Positions 7,467 to 16,943 of a DNA stretch of 55,131 nt are shown here, piece after piece. Made by a program: the position numbers and the translations under genes. The notes beneath the pieces are model-generated. The model did not search any database. It was not told where the DNA came from and worked only from the letters and a program-made list of their open reading frames with translations. Location of the stretch: NCBI GenBank assembly GCA_003331545.1, contig QOPC01000003.1, forward strand, positions 1 through 55,131, in the 5' to 3' direction. Every line of letters starts with the position of its first letter. The stretch's first letter is position 1. The stretch comes from SAR86 cluster bacterium (lineage in GTDB: Bacteria; Pseudomonadota; Gammaproteobacteria; Magnimaribacterales; D2472).

Positions 7467-8084
7467 CTAAGAGTTTGTAAAATTCCAATCACGAATAATT
7501 TCAAGCTGCTGATAGTTGGCCACCATGTTCTCTGGAAAAGGCTTAAATGGAGCCGATTGATGCAAAATCCTAAGCGCCAAAGTATCTAACATTGAGTTTC
7601 CAGAAGACTTCAAAATCTCAGCGCCAATTAAATTTCCCATATAATCAATAGTTGATTTAATTTGAACTCTAAAGTTACCTTGAATAATGTCAGAGTTAGA
7701 AATTTCATAGTATCCAGCTGTTTCAATCTGTCTCTGCCATGAATTTAAATATATAGTCTCAAAACTTTCTAGGGTTGAATTAGACTCCAAACGTCTGACG
7801 CTAAACTGAGATTGGTCTTGCAGGTTTGAGTCTCTAGCAACCATTGCAGTTTGCTGATTAGTTTGCTGAAGAGACTGCATTCCATTTAAAGAACTGCCTT
7901 GCATATCAAACGCTCCATTGGCAAATTTAATATTCACAATTGCCTCTTTGTTAAATTCCCACGGTTGCTGAATCACAACAAAGCTGATGCCAAAAATAAT
8001 AAAGCCATGAAATATTAGAGAAGTAAGCAAAGATTTCCTAAATCCCCACCTTTGAATTCTCTCCTTATAAATTAATGGTTGCAT
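7467..8084 (-). CDS. TonB-family C-terminal-domain protein (TonB3-like)
   Basis: 205 aa. It has an N-terminal membrane anchor (LLTSLIFHGFIIFGISFVV), a Q/N/S-rich linker, and a C-terminal TonB_C-like region (YLNSWQRQIE...GNFRVQIKSTIDYMGNLIGAEILKSSGNSMLDTLALRIL..SAPFKPFP). It occupies the same gshB-tonB-ruvX position as Pseudomonas tonB3, as I recall it. Confidence 0.6.
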   Translation of the reverse strand: MQPLIYKERIQRWGFRKSLLTSLIFHGFIIFGISFVVIQQPWEFNKEAIVNIKFANGAFDMQGSSLNGMQSLQQTNQQTAMVARDSNLQDQSQFSVRRLESNSTLESFETIYLNSWQRQIETAGYYEISNSDIIQGNFRVQIKSTIDYMGNLIGAEILKSSGNSMLDTLALRILHQSAPFKPFPENMVANYQQLEIIRDWNFTNS

Positions 8085-8085
8085 C

Positions 8086-9018
8086 TTATATAGATTGCAG
8101 CAAAGTCTTTATAGGGTTTTCGCCTGTTTGAGAAAAGATCTCTCGTGCGCCTGTAGGACTTGTAATATTAATTTCAGTTAAATAATTTCCAATCATATCA
8201 ATCCCAGCAAATATAATGCCCTCTTCCAACAATTGCTTGCCAATCTCAATGCTAACTTTCAGCTGATCATCGGATAGTTCTCGAGCTTCGCCCTTACCAC
8301 CTGCCGCAAGATTACCTTTAAAACTGCCACCTTGAGGAACTCTTGCTAATGCTATTGGAAATGGTTTGCCGTGGATAATAAGTATTCGATAATCTCCATC
8401 ATAAATTTCAGGTAAGAAATTTTGAACCATGACCATGGTCTGATAATTATTAGTTAATGATTGAAAAATATCTTGGTGATCTTCTGAAGTTTCATCAAAC
8501 TTATAAATTGACTCTCCTCCCATGCCATCAAGGGGTTTCAAGATAATAATTGAATGCTTATTTTTAAATAGTTCAAAGTCTTTTGCTTTGCATATAACAC
8601 TGGTATCAGGCATCCATTTAGAATATTGAAGCGCAAAGATCTTTTCATTGAATTTCTTCAAAGCTGCGGGTCTGTTAACTATATTGGCTCCTTCTGTCTC
8701 GGCCTGAGAAAGAAGATGCAAGGCATTCATGTAATCCTCATCTACAGGTGGATCCTTCCTCATAAAAATATAATCAATATCGCAAAGTAATTTTGATTGA
8801 TCGACCCTTTCGCTGAGTTGGGGGTGAGAGCTTGGATCATTTATTGCATAAAGGTTGGCAGAGGTTTCATGATCTTCATAGATTAAATCTTTCATTTCAC
8901 ACTGAAAAACTTGCCCACCCATACTAAAGATTTCTTGCATCCACAAAATAGTTGTATCTTTTTTAGGGTTTAATTCACTTAAAGGATCAGTTATAAATAA
9001 AGAGGAAGTGCCCTGCAT
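8086..9018 (-). CDS. gshB: glutathione synthetase
   Basis: 310 aa, colinear with E. coli GshB: IFMRKDPP, ILKPLDGMGG, GDYRILIIHGKP, ARVPQGGSFKGNLAAGGKGE, GIDMIGNYLTEINITSPTG. Confidence 0.92.
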   Translation of the reverse strand: MQGTSSLFITDPLSELNPKKDTTILWMQEIFSMGGQVFQCEMKDLIYEDHETSANLYAINDPSSHPQLSERVDQSKLLCDIDYIFMRKDPPVDEDYMNALHLLSQAETEGANIVNRPAALKKFNEKIFALQYSKWMPDTSVICKAKDFELFKNKHSIIILKPLDGMGGESIYKFDETSEDHQDIFQSLTNNYQTMVMVQNFLPEIYDGDYRILIIHGKPFPIALARVPQGGSFKGNLAAGGKGEARELSDDQLKVSIEIGKQLLEEGIIFAGIDMIGNYLTEINITSPTGAREIFSQTGENPIKTLLQSI

Positions 9019-9758
9019 TAATACTCTCCTGCCAAATTGTGAAACATAGTTAATCCTACAATAGGTGCTGTTTCTGCTCGCAAAATATAATGGCCTGCTT
9101 TGAGTGACCTTAATTCGAGTTCATTCATGATTTTACGCTCAGTTGCAGAGAAACCTGATTCGGGACCAGTAACAATACTAATAGCATCTAAGTTCAAAAT
9201 TTCATCATCTTTAATTGATTGATTAGCTATTGTATCAAGAACAAATACTCCCTCGAAACCATCATATCTCTTTGCTGCGTCTAGGCTTTCTCCAAGTCCA
9301 TTAAAATAACTAATGCTTGGCAGATGATTGCAGCTTGATTGCTCACAAGCACTTATCATAGCCTCTTCTAGCCGAAAGTTTAATTTAGATAAATCTTTTT
9401 TTGCGAGAGATTGATCTAGATGGTCAGGTTTGTATATAAGAATTGAATGAACACCCAGTTCAACAAGTTTTTGTAATAAATAATTTAAATTCTCCTTTTT
9501 AATGTAGGGGACTATTGCTTGATAAGATTTTTGATAAGGACTTTGAGTCAATTCGATATCGTTAACATGAAAATTTATATGAGTTTTACCTATATCTTGA
9601 ATAATTCCGCTTGCAAAAGAGCCAAGGCCATCAAATAACTCCACAGTGTCATTTACTTTCAGTCTTAGAACCTTGGCAAGATGATGTATTTGTTTTATGT
9701 TGGTGCACTTGTAACTTGATGCAGATAATTCAGGACAAAAAATTCTAGGCTTTCTCAT
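9018..9758 (-). CDS. rsmE: 16S rRNA (uracil1498-N3)-methyltransferase RsmE
   Basis: MRKPRIF..., HHLAKVLRLKVNDTVELFDG, QKLVELGV, VTGPESGFS..E. ATG at 9758 is preferred over the upstream TTG at 9761. Confidence 0.85.
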   Translation of the reverse strand: MRKPRIFCPELSASSYKCTNIKQIHHLAKVLRLKVNDTVELFDGLGSFASGIIQDIGKTHINFHVNDIELTQSPYQKSYQAIVPYIKKENLNYLLQKLVELGVHSILIYKPDHLDQSLAKKDLSKLNFRLEEAMISACEQSSCNHLPSISYFNGLGESLDAAKRYDGFEGVFVLDTIANQSIKDDEILNLDAISIVTGPESGFSATERKIMNELELRSLKAGHYILRAETAPIVGLTMFHNLAGEY

Positions 9759-9786
9759 CAAACAATTATAATTGGTATTTTTTGTA

Positions 9787-10344
9787 ATGAGTCAAAGTCA
9801 TATCATTCTTGTAAGACATGGAGAGGCATCTGCTGAGTGGTCTGTTCATCCTGATCCAGGTTTAAGCAAACTTGGCTGTCTGCAAGCAGAAAATGCCGCA
9901 AAGAGTTTAGCTGATCAAATCTCTAGCTATAAGCTTCTATCGAGCCCAAAGAAAAGAGCTGTTGAAACCATGGAAATAATTGATATAAATAATCACTCTT
10001 TTAAATTAGATCCAAGATTTATTGAAATACCATCGCACAATATTGATGCCGAAGAAAAAAAACAATGGCTAGTAAGTATTTTCACAACTCCAATTGATGA
10101 ACTTCCTCAAGCGGTCAAAGATTGGCGGAATAACCTAATTCATTGGCTTAAAGACGCTAATGGTAATTTTATTGTAGCTACCCACTTCATGGTGATCAAT
10201 GCATTGGTTTCATACATCACAAACAATCATGCAATTTCATATTTCCATCCAAATTATGCATCTAGAACGGAAATATTTTTAAAAAATGGAGAATTAACGC
10301 AATTAATTTTAGGGGATGATAAAAAAACTGTAATAAATCTCTGA
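9787..10344 (+). CDS. histidine phosphatase family protein (PGAM/SixA-like)
   Basis: IILVRHGEA (RHG motif), SSPKKRAVET and a distal THFMVINAL histidine. ATG 9787 is preferred over TTG 9772. Confidence 0.7.
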   Translation: MSQSHIILVRHGEASAEWSVHPDPGLSKLGCLQAENAAKSLADQISSYKLLSSPKKRAVETMEIIDINNHSFKLDPRFIEIPSHNIDAEEKKQWLVSIFTTPIDELPQAVKDWRNNLIHWLKDANGNFIVATHFMVINALVSYITNNHAISYFHPNYASRTEIFLKNGELTQLILGDDKKTVINL

Positions 10345-10405
10345 AATCAGTTGAGCAATTTTTAATCAGCTGTAGAATTTATAATTTGCATAAAAACTCT
10401 ACTTA

Positions 10406-10672
10406 ATGACTAAAATAGTCTCTCAAAAATCTAAAGGTAAGCCTCTGAGCGAACAGGTAAGGAAGGCTATGAAAAAATACTTCTCAACTCTTGAAGGTTC
10501 AAATCCTGCAAATGTCTATGAAATGGTTATGGCTGAGGTTGAGCCTGAGCTGTTGAAAGCAGTGATGAGACATACTAATGAAAATCAATCAAAGTCTGCT
10601 GATATTCTTGGAATGAACAGAGCGACTCTAAGAAAAAAATTACATCGCTATAACATCATAGAGAAATCATGA
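10406..10672 (+). CDS. fis: DNA-binding protein Fis
   Basis: 88 aa. VRKAMKKYF..L.G....NVYEMVMAEVEPELLKAVMRHT.ENQSKSADILGMNRATLRKKL is colinear with E. coli Fis. Confidence 0.88.
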   Translation: MTKIVSQKSKGKPLSEQVRKAMKKYFSTLEGSNPANVYEMVMAEVEPELLKAVMRHTNENQSKSADILGMNRATLRKKLHRYNIIEKS

Positions 10673-12207
10673 GTTTAATTACTCCCAAAACTGCTCTTAT
10701 AAGTCTTTCAGATAAATCTAATTTAGATAAATTAGTAAAGTTTCTGCTTAAGCAAAAAGTAAAAATGATTTCTACTGGGGGAACTTACAAATCAATTAAA
10801 AAAATAACCAATGATGTTATGGAGGTTTCGGAATTCACTGGGTTTGAAGAAATGATGGATGGTCGAGTAAAGACTTTGCATCCAAAAATTCATGCTGGAA
10901 TTTTAGCAAGAAGAGAAACAGATATGGAGGTATTAACTGATCGAGGATACGAACTTATTGATATGGTCGTTGTTAATCTATACCCATTTAAAGAAACAGT
11001 CGCTTCAGGATGTTCATTTGAGGAGGCTATAGAAAAAATAGATATTGGTGGGCCTACCATGATCAGGTCAGCAGCTAAAAATTTTAAAGATGTAGCGGTG
11101 GTATCTGATCCAAATGATTATGAACAATTAATTGACGAGTGGCAGAATCATGGAGGTATTTCATACGAATTTAGAAAGGAGCTCTCGCAAAAAGTTTTTC
11201 AACTCATGGCTGAATATAATTCAGCTATTGCAAATTATTTAAAAGACATCTCCTCAAACGCTCATCAATTTAACTTTAACAAGAGTGCATCACTTAGATA
11301 CGGAGAAAATCCTCATCAGACTGCAGATTTATTAACTTTCTCTAATTTAGAGCATAAAAATATTGCAAATGCGGATATTCTTCAGGGCAAAGAGCTGTCG
11401 TACAACAATATTGTTGATGCTGATGCGGCCTGGGAGTGTGTAAGAGCATTTGATAAGCCTGCATGCGTAATTGTGAAACATGCAAATCCTTGTGGTGTTG
11501 CCGAAGCAGACTCCATCTTTGATGCTTATGACTTAGCATTTAGGACTGACCCAACTTCGGCCTTTGGAGGCATTATTGCTGTAAACAGAATACTAGATAA
11601 AAAAACAGCTGAGGAAATAAATACTCGTCAATTTGTTGAGGTTGTTTTGGCAACTGGTTTTGAAGATGATGCTTTGGATGAATTAGCGAAAAAAAAGAAT
11701 GTAAGAGTCTTATGCGTTGACTTAGAGCAAGATAATCCATATCCAGGGGTTATTAAAAAAGTCTCTGGAGGAATATTAATTCAAAGTGATGATACTTTTA
11801 TTGTTCCCGAGGCAGACCTTCAATGCGTGACAAAAAGACAACCCTCCCCTGAGGAAATCAATGATTTAATGTTCGCATGGAAAGTAGCTAAATTTGTAAA
11901 ATCAAATGCTATTGTTTACGTCAAGAATAAACAAACTATCGGCATTGGCGCCGGTCAAATGAGCAGAGTTATCAGTGCTGAGATTGCAAATCTAAAGGCT
12001 AAAGAAGAAGGTTTAGAGGTTAAGGGAGCCGTGATGGCTTCAGATGCTTTCTTCCCCTTTAGAGATGGCATAGATAAAGCAGCTTCAAGTGGCATTGCAT
12101 CAATTATTCAACCTGGTGGATCAATTAGAGATGAAGAAGTAATTGCTGCTGCTGATGAAAATAATATTGCGATGCTTTTTACCGCAACCCGTCATTTTAG
12201 GCATTAG
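10669..12207 (+). CDS. purH: bifunctional AICAR transformylase / IMP cyclohydrolase PurH
   Basis: 512 aa. ALISLSDK, STGGT, GRVKTLHPKIHAGIL, VVNLYPF, KHANPCG, GGSIRD and a C-terminal TATRHFRH. ATGA overlap with fis. Confidence 0.97.
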   Translation: MSLITPKTALISLSDKSNLDKLVKFLLKQKVKMISTGGTYKSIKKITNDVMEVSEFTGFEEMMDGRVKTLHPKIHAGILARRETDMEVLTDRGYELIDMVVVNLYPFKETVASGCSFEEAIEKIDIGGPTMIRSAAKNFKDVAVVSDPNDYEQLIDEWQNHGGISYEFRKELSQKVFQLMAEYNSAIANYLKDISSNAHQFNFNKSASLRYGENPHQTADLLTFSNLEHKNIANADILQGKELSYNNIVDADAAWECVRAFDKPACVIVKHANPCGVAEADSIFDAYDLAFRTDPTSAFGGIIAVNRILDKKTAEEINTRQFVEVVLATGFEDDALDELAKKKNVRVLCVDLEQDNPYPGVIKKVSGGILIQSDDTFIVPEADLQCVTKRQPSPEEINDLMFAWKVAKFVKSNAIVYVKNKQTIGIGAGQMSRVISAEIANLKAKEEGLEVKGAVMASDAFFPFRDGIDKAASSGIASIIQPGGSIRDEEVIAAADENNIAMLFTATRHFRH

Positions 12208-12209
12208 CA

Positions 12210-13478
12210 ATGAACATTTTGGTTATTGGGTCAGGCGGAAGAGAGCATGCGCTGGCCTGGAAGTCTGCTCAAGATAAATCAGTTGCTAATGTTTTTGTTT
12301 GCCCAGGAAATGCTGGAACTGCGCTTGAAGAAAAGGTAACCAATATTTCTATAGATGCTTATAACTTTGAAGTTGTAGAAAAATTTTGTAAAGAAGAAAA
12401 TATAGAGCTAGTTATTATTGGTCCCGAACAACCGCTTGTAATGGGTATGGCTGACTTCTTGCAAAGTAGAGGCATTAAGACTTTTGGCCCCTCTCAAGCT
12501 GCAGCACAATTAGAAGGATCAAAAACTTTCTCAAAAGACTTCTTTGTTAAGTATGGTATTCCAACTGCGGGATACTCCTCTTTTGATGATTTCGAGTCTG
12601 CAAATAATTATCTAGAAACCATTGACTATCCAACGGTTGTAAAAGCTGACGGTTTAGCAGCTGGAAAAGGTGTAATTATTTGCAAAAATAAAAAGGAATC
12701 ACGGCAAGCACTTGAAAGTATTTTTCAGGATCAAGCTTTTGGCGATGCTGGTAACAGGGTTGTAATTGAGGAGTTTCTTGAGGGCGAGGAAGCTTCCTTT
12801 ATAGCTGTTGTCAGCAAGGATAAGATTATCCCATTAGCTACAAGTCAAGATCATAAGGCTGTTGGCGAAGGTGATATTGGTTTGAATACTGGCGGTATGG
12901 GAGCCTACAGCCCTGCACCAATAGTAGATGAACGCATTCATGAGAAAATTATTAATGAGGTCATGAAACCAACCGTTGAGGGCCTAATAGCTGAAGGGTT
13001 TCCCTATTTAGGTTTTCTTTATGCAGGTCTAATGATAAAAGACGGCGAGCTAAAAGTTCTTGAATTTAATTGCAGGTTTGGCGATCCAGAAACCCAACCT
13101 ATATTGATTAGACTTAAATCCAGTTTGGTGGAGTTATGTCTTGCTGCGATTAACGATGAAATGGATATGTATGATATCTCTTGGACTGACAAACATGCCT
13201 GCGGAGTTGTCATCGCCTCCGCAGGATATCCAGAAAGTTATGAGTCTAATAAACAAGTCACTCTTCCAATAAGATTAGATCAAGATGTGAAATTGTTTCA
13301 TGCAGGAACAAAATTATTTAATGATAATGTTGTAACTTCAGGTGGAAGAGTCTTTTGCGCAACAGCCCTTGGTGATGACTTGAAATCTGCTCAATCTAAG
13401 GCCTATAATCTCGTCGACAGCGTTACTTTTGATGGCGCCTTTTACAGAAAAGATATTGGTTTTAAAGGAATTAAATGA
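12210..13478 (+). CDS. purD: phosphoribosylamine-glycine ligase PurD
   Basis: 422 aa. MNILVIGSGGREHALAWK, PGNAGT, VVKADGLAAGKGV, EFNCRFGDPETQ, TSGGRV. Confidence 0.97.
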   Translation: MNILVIGSGGREHALAWKSAQDKSVANVFVCPGNAGTALEEKVTNISIDAYNFEVVEKFCKEENIELVIIGPEQPLVMGMADFLQSRGIKTFGPSQAAAQLEGSKTFSKDFFVKYGIPTAGYSSFDDFESANNYLETIDYPTVVKADGLAAGKGVIICKNKKESRQALESIFQDQAFGDAGNRVVIEEFLEGEEASFIAVVSKDKIIPLATSQDHKAVGEGDIGLNTGGMGAYSPAPIVDERIHEKIINEVMKPTVEGLIAEGFPYLGFLYAGLMIKDGELKVLEFNCRFGDPETQPILIRLKSSLVELCLAAINDEMDMYDISWTDKHACGVVIASAGYPESYESNKQVTLPIRLDQDVKLFHAGTKLFNDNVVTSGGRVFCATALGDDLKSAQSKAYNLVDSVTFDGAFYRKDIGFKGIK

Positions 13479-14110
13479 GATTTTTAGATGATATTGTTAA
13501 TGAATTTGATATTGCACTAAAAACGCTATCAAATAAAAAATCTGGGACAGGCAGAACGTATCCACCAGAACCTTCAGAAAAAAATACTGAGGAATTGACA
13601 CCTGAAGAAAAAAAGCTTTCTATCCAAATGATGCGCGTCAATCTTGCCGGTGAAGTTGCAGCTCAAGCTCTTTATAGAGGACAGTCGCTTGTTTGCAAAG
13701 ATGCGGAAGTAAAAAAACATCTTATTGAAGCTGGAGAGGAAGAGACTGATCATTTGGTATGGTGCAAAAAACGCCTTGACGAACTTGAGGGAAGTGGCTC
13801 TCTTCTAAATCCAATTTGGTATGCCGGTTCGTTTGCAATTGGGGCAATATTTGGAAGATTTGGTGAGAAAGTTAGCCTGGGCTTTGTTGAAGAAACTGAG
13901 AAGCAAGTTGTTGCCCATATCGATCGTCATCTAAATAAAATATCTCCTAAGGATAAAGAAACAATAGAAATATTAAAAACCATGAAAGAAGATGAAGATC
14001 TTCATGCTCAACAAGCTGTTAATAAGGGCGGCGAGGAATTAAAGATACCAGTTAAACAAATTATGAAATATACCGCCAAAATGATGACCTCTACAAGTAA
14101 ATATGTATGA
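13475..14110 (+). CDS. coq7: demethoxyubiquinone hydroxylase Coq7 (di-iron)
   Basis: 211 aa. MRVNLAGEVAAQALYRGQ, EEETDHL.WC and EDEDLH are EXXH-type di-iron motifs, colinear with Pseudomonas Coq7. ATGA overlap with purD. Confidence 0.85.
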   Translation: MRFLDDIVNEFDIALKTLSNKKSGTGRTYPPEPSEKNTEELTPEEKKLSIQMMRVNLAGEVAAQALYRGQSLVCKDAEVKKHLIEAGEEETDHLVWCKKRLDELEGSGSLLNPIWYAGSFAIGAIFGRFGEKVSLGFVEETEKQVVAHIDRHLNKISPKDKETIEILKTMKEDEDLHAQQAVNKGGEELKIPVKQIMKYTAKMMTSTSKYV

Positions 14111-14589
14111 TTCGATCGTTTCTTTTAATTGGTCTTCTGAGTTTCAATTTATCTGCAGAAAATAATGAAAAGGCTCTAAAGCAAAGCCTTTTAAAATTTT
14201 GGGAAGCCAGGAATGCCCAAGATTTTGAGACCATTTTTTTCTACGAGAGTAAAATTGGAGCAATTACTGGTTCATCATCTGAAAATTATTTTTATGAGGA
14301 TCCGCCGCCAAACTTTGATTCAGTTATAGATTACTACTCAAGAGTTGAATCAAACGTCACCCCTTCTAATATTAGAATCATTCAACTATCTGAGAAGGTA
14401 TATTTAACTTTATATTATCTTGCAGGAAGTTATAAATACTCTAATGGAAGAGTTGATGATGAGTATCAAGCAAGAGTATCAAATATCTGGTTGTATGAAG
14501 ATGGTGGCTTTAAGCTTTATTATAAGAACTTTAATAAGCTTAAAAAAGAGCTTAAACCAATGGATATCATTGCTTATCCAATGGATTAA
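14107..14589 (+). CDS. hypothetical exported protein, possibly NTF2/SnoaL-like fold
   Basis: 160 aa. It has a signal-peptide-like N-terminus (LLIGLLSFNLSA-EN) and the segment LLKFWEARNAQDFETIFFYES, reminiscent of DUF4440/SnoaL starts. ATGA overlap with coq7. The fold call is weak. Confidence 0.4.
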   Translation: MIRSFLLIGLLSFNLSAENNEKALKQSLLKFWEARNAQDFETIFFYESKIGAITGSSSENYFYEDPPPNFDSVIDYYSRVESNVTPSNIRIIQLSEKVYLTLYYLAGSYKYSNGRVDDEYQARVSNIWLYEDGGFKLYYKNFNKLKKELKPMDIIAYPMD

Positions 14590-14617
14590 ATATTGTTAAC
14601 TAGTCCAAGAAAATTGT

Positions 14618-15373
14618 TTAAATTTTAAAGAAATCGCCTCTCATAAGACTCTCGCCAATTAAAAAAACCCTAATATCATTAAATTTTAAATAATTCATAT
14701 CTTCCCTTGATTTGATTCCTGACTCTGCAATAAATATGTTTTCTTCTTTAAATAATTTTCTTAAACGAACCGAATTGTCTAAGTCAACTTCAAATGTCTT
14801 TAAATCTCTGTTGTTTATGCCTATTAAGGCACCTTCATGATGCGCAATTCTCTTAAGCTCAGCTTCATCATGCACTTCTATTAAATAATCAAGCTCTAGC
14901 TCTTTAGCAATGTTTATAAAATCTTCTATTTTCTTATCAGATAAAATGGAAGCTATAAGCAAAATACAATCAGCACCAATGAGTTTAGATTCATATATTT
15001 GATATTCATCTATCATGAAATCTTTTCTTAAAATAGGCAGTGAAGTTACCTTCTTAACTTTTTTTAAATGTTCCATGCTTCCCATAAAAAAATCTTCTTC
15101 AGTCAAAATAGATAGGGCTGATGCTCCGTTAAGTTCATATTCTTTTGCTTTTTGCACAGGATCAAAATTTTCTGCAATAACTCCTGCACTTGGAGAAGCT
15201 TTTTTTATTTCTGCAATTATGGCTTCGCTCTTGTATGCAAGCTTTTCTTTGAATCTGCTTTTTGGAAGATTGAGGCCTTGTAAAGAAATCTTTATTTGAC
15301 TGAGCGTCAACTCTGCCTTTCTTTCAACAAGCTTGGCTCTAGTTTTATCAACAATGTTTTGCAGAATGCTCAT
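14618..15373 (-). CDS. trpC: indole-3-glycerol phosphate synthase TrpC
   Basis: 251 aa. IIAEIKKASPS.G, LSILTEEDFF.GS, LPILRKDF, E.H...E, IGINNRDL.TF. Confidence 0.92.
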   Translation of the reverse strand: MSILQNIVDKTRAKLVERKAELTLSQIKISLQGLNLPKSRFKEKLAYKSEAIIAEIKKASPSAGVIAENFDPVQKAKEYELNGASALSILTEEDFFMGSMEHLKKVKKVTSLPILRKDFMIDEYQIYESKLIGADCILLIASILSDKKIEDFINIAKELELDYLIEVHDEAELKRIAHHEGALIGINNRDLKTFEVDLDNSVRLRKLFKEENIFIAESGIKSREDMNYLKFNDIRVFLIGESLMRGDFFKI

Positions 15374-16383
15374 TAGCTATTTGAAACTCTCACATATGAG
15401 GCTAACTTATCAGCAGCCATACCATTATTCATAAGCTCAAATGAAAACTCTATCCCATCGGATATTGACTTTACTTTTTTTGCCAAATACAAAGCTGCGC
15501 CGGAATTAAGAGCAATCATATCTTGGACTGCAGATTTATCTCCGGAGAAAGCTTCTCTTATCAATTGCAAACTATCCTCCGGTGATTGTGCTGAAATTTC
15601 AGAAAGTGTTCCTAAAGATAAACCAAAATCTTTTGGAGAAATTTCGTATTCAGAAATTGTGTTATTTTTCAGTTCTGAAATATATGTTGAATTGGTGATG
15701 GTAATTTCATCTAAACCATCAAATCCATGAACTATAAGAACATGTTCCATCGATAGATTTCTTGCAACCGAAGCAAAAGTCTTTACTAGATCTTTTTGAT
15801 AAACTCCTAAAATCTGTCTCTTGGCGCCACATGGGTTCGTATGAGGACCAAGCAAATTAAATAGAGTCTTTTTTCCTATTTTCTGCCTAGCTGGCATGAC
15901 GTATTTCATCGATTGATGATGCAATGGAGCAAACAAGAAAACAAAACCTACTCTTTTAAAAATATTTTCTAGCTTATCTCTTTCATGAGCTATATTTGCT
16001 CCAGCTGCCACCAATAAATCCGCACTTCCTGATTTGCTAGAAACCGCCTTATTCCCATGTTTGGTAACTGCGGCGCCTCCAGCAGCTGCTACAAATGAGG
16101 CTGCTGTAGAACAGTTAAAGGTATGAAGGCCTGAGCCACCCGTACCACAAGTATCAATATGATCTCCGTCGCCTAAGGAAAACTTAAGAGATTTCTCTTT
16201 CATCACTCTAGCCGCAGCAGAAATTTCTTTTTCTTTGATTCCTTTTGCATTAAGAGCAAGTAAAAATGCTTCAATAGAAAGATCGTCAACTTCGCCTGTC
16301 ATAATCAATTCGATTGCGCTCTGCATTGAGAGAAAATCAAGGTCCTCTTTTTTTTCCAACTGTTTAATAAATTCTTGAATCAT
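15373..16383 (-). CDS. trpD: anthranilate phosphoribosyltransferase TrpD
   Basis: 336 aa. DTCGTGGSG..TFN.STA...VAAAGG..V.KHGN.A.SSKSGSADLL, NLLGP.TNP. Confidence 0.95.
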   Translation of the reverse strand: MIQEFIKQLEKKEDLDFLSMQSAIELIMTGEVDDLSIEAFLLALNAKGIKEKEISAAARVMKEKSLKFSLGDGDHIDTCGTGGSGLHTFNCSTAASFVAAAGGAAVTKHGNKAVSSKSGSADLLVAAGANIAHERDKLENIFKRVGFVFLFAPLHHQSMKYVMPARQKIGKKTLFNLLGPHTNPCGAKRQILGVYQKDLVKTFASVARNLSMEHVLIVHGFDGLDEITITNSTYISELKNNTISEYEISPKDFGLSLGTLSEISAQSPEDSLQLIREAFSGDKSAVQDMIALNSGAALYLAKKVKSISDGIEFSFELMNNGMAADKLASYVRVSNS

Positions 16384-16943
16384 AAATTTAAAAAATTCCT
16401 TATTAATTGAATTCCATGATCAGTGTCAATGGATTCAGGATGAAACTGAACACCATATATTGGTCGAGAAATGTGTTCTACCCCCATAATAATTTTAGGA
16501 TCATCTTTCAGAGAACAAGTAACCTGCAGATCTTTAGGCAAGGTTAAGTAATCAATTATAAGGCTGTGATATCTGACCACAGAGTAGGATTCAGGTATAT
16601 TCTGAAACAATGCCGTTTTGGTATGTTCAATTTCCGATTTTTTTCCATGAAACACTTTGGGAGCTTTGATGATCTTCGCTCCAAATGCTGCACCTATGGA
16701 TTGATGTCCAAGGCATACTCCTAATAATGGAACCTTGGATTCCTTGACAATCTCAACAGAGATTCCTGCTTCTTTTGGGGTGCATGGTCCTGGGGAGATA
16801 ACAATTTTATTTGGACCAAGATCACTAATTTCTGCAATGGTTACCTCATCATTTCTTTTTACGACAACTTCCTCATCACATTCGCCAATATAATGCACCA
16901 AGTTATAAGTAAAAGAATCGTAATTATCAATAACCAAAATCAA
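16380..16943 (-). CDS. trpG: anthranilate synthase component II (glutamine amidotransferase; may also serve PabA)
   Basis: 187 aa. MILVIDNYDSFTYNLV, ISPGPC.P, LGVCLGHQ, GVQFHPES. Confidence 0.92.
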   Translation of the reverse strand: MILVIDNYDSFTYNLVHYIGECDEEVVVKRNDEVTIAEISDLGPNKIVISPGPCTPKEAGISVEIVKESKVPLLGVCLGHQSIGAAFGAKIIKAPKVFHGKKSEIEHTKTALFQNIPESYSVVRYHSLIIDYLTLPKDLQVTCSLKDDPKIIMGVEHISRPIYGVQFHPESIDTDHGIQLIRNFLNL

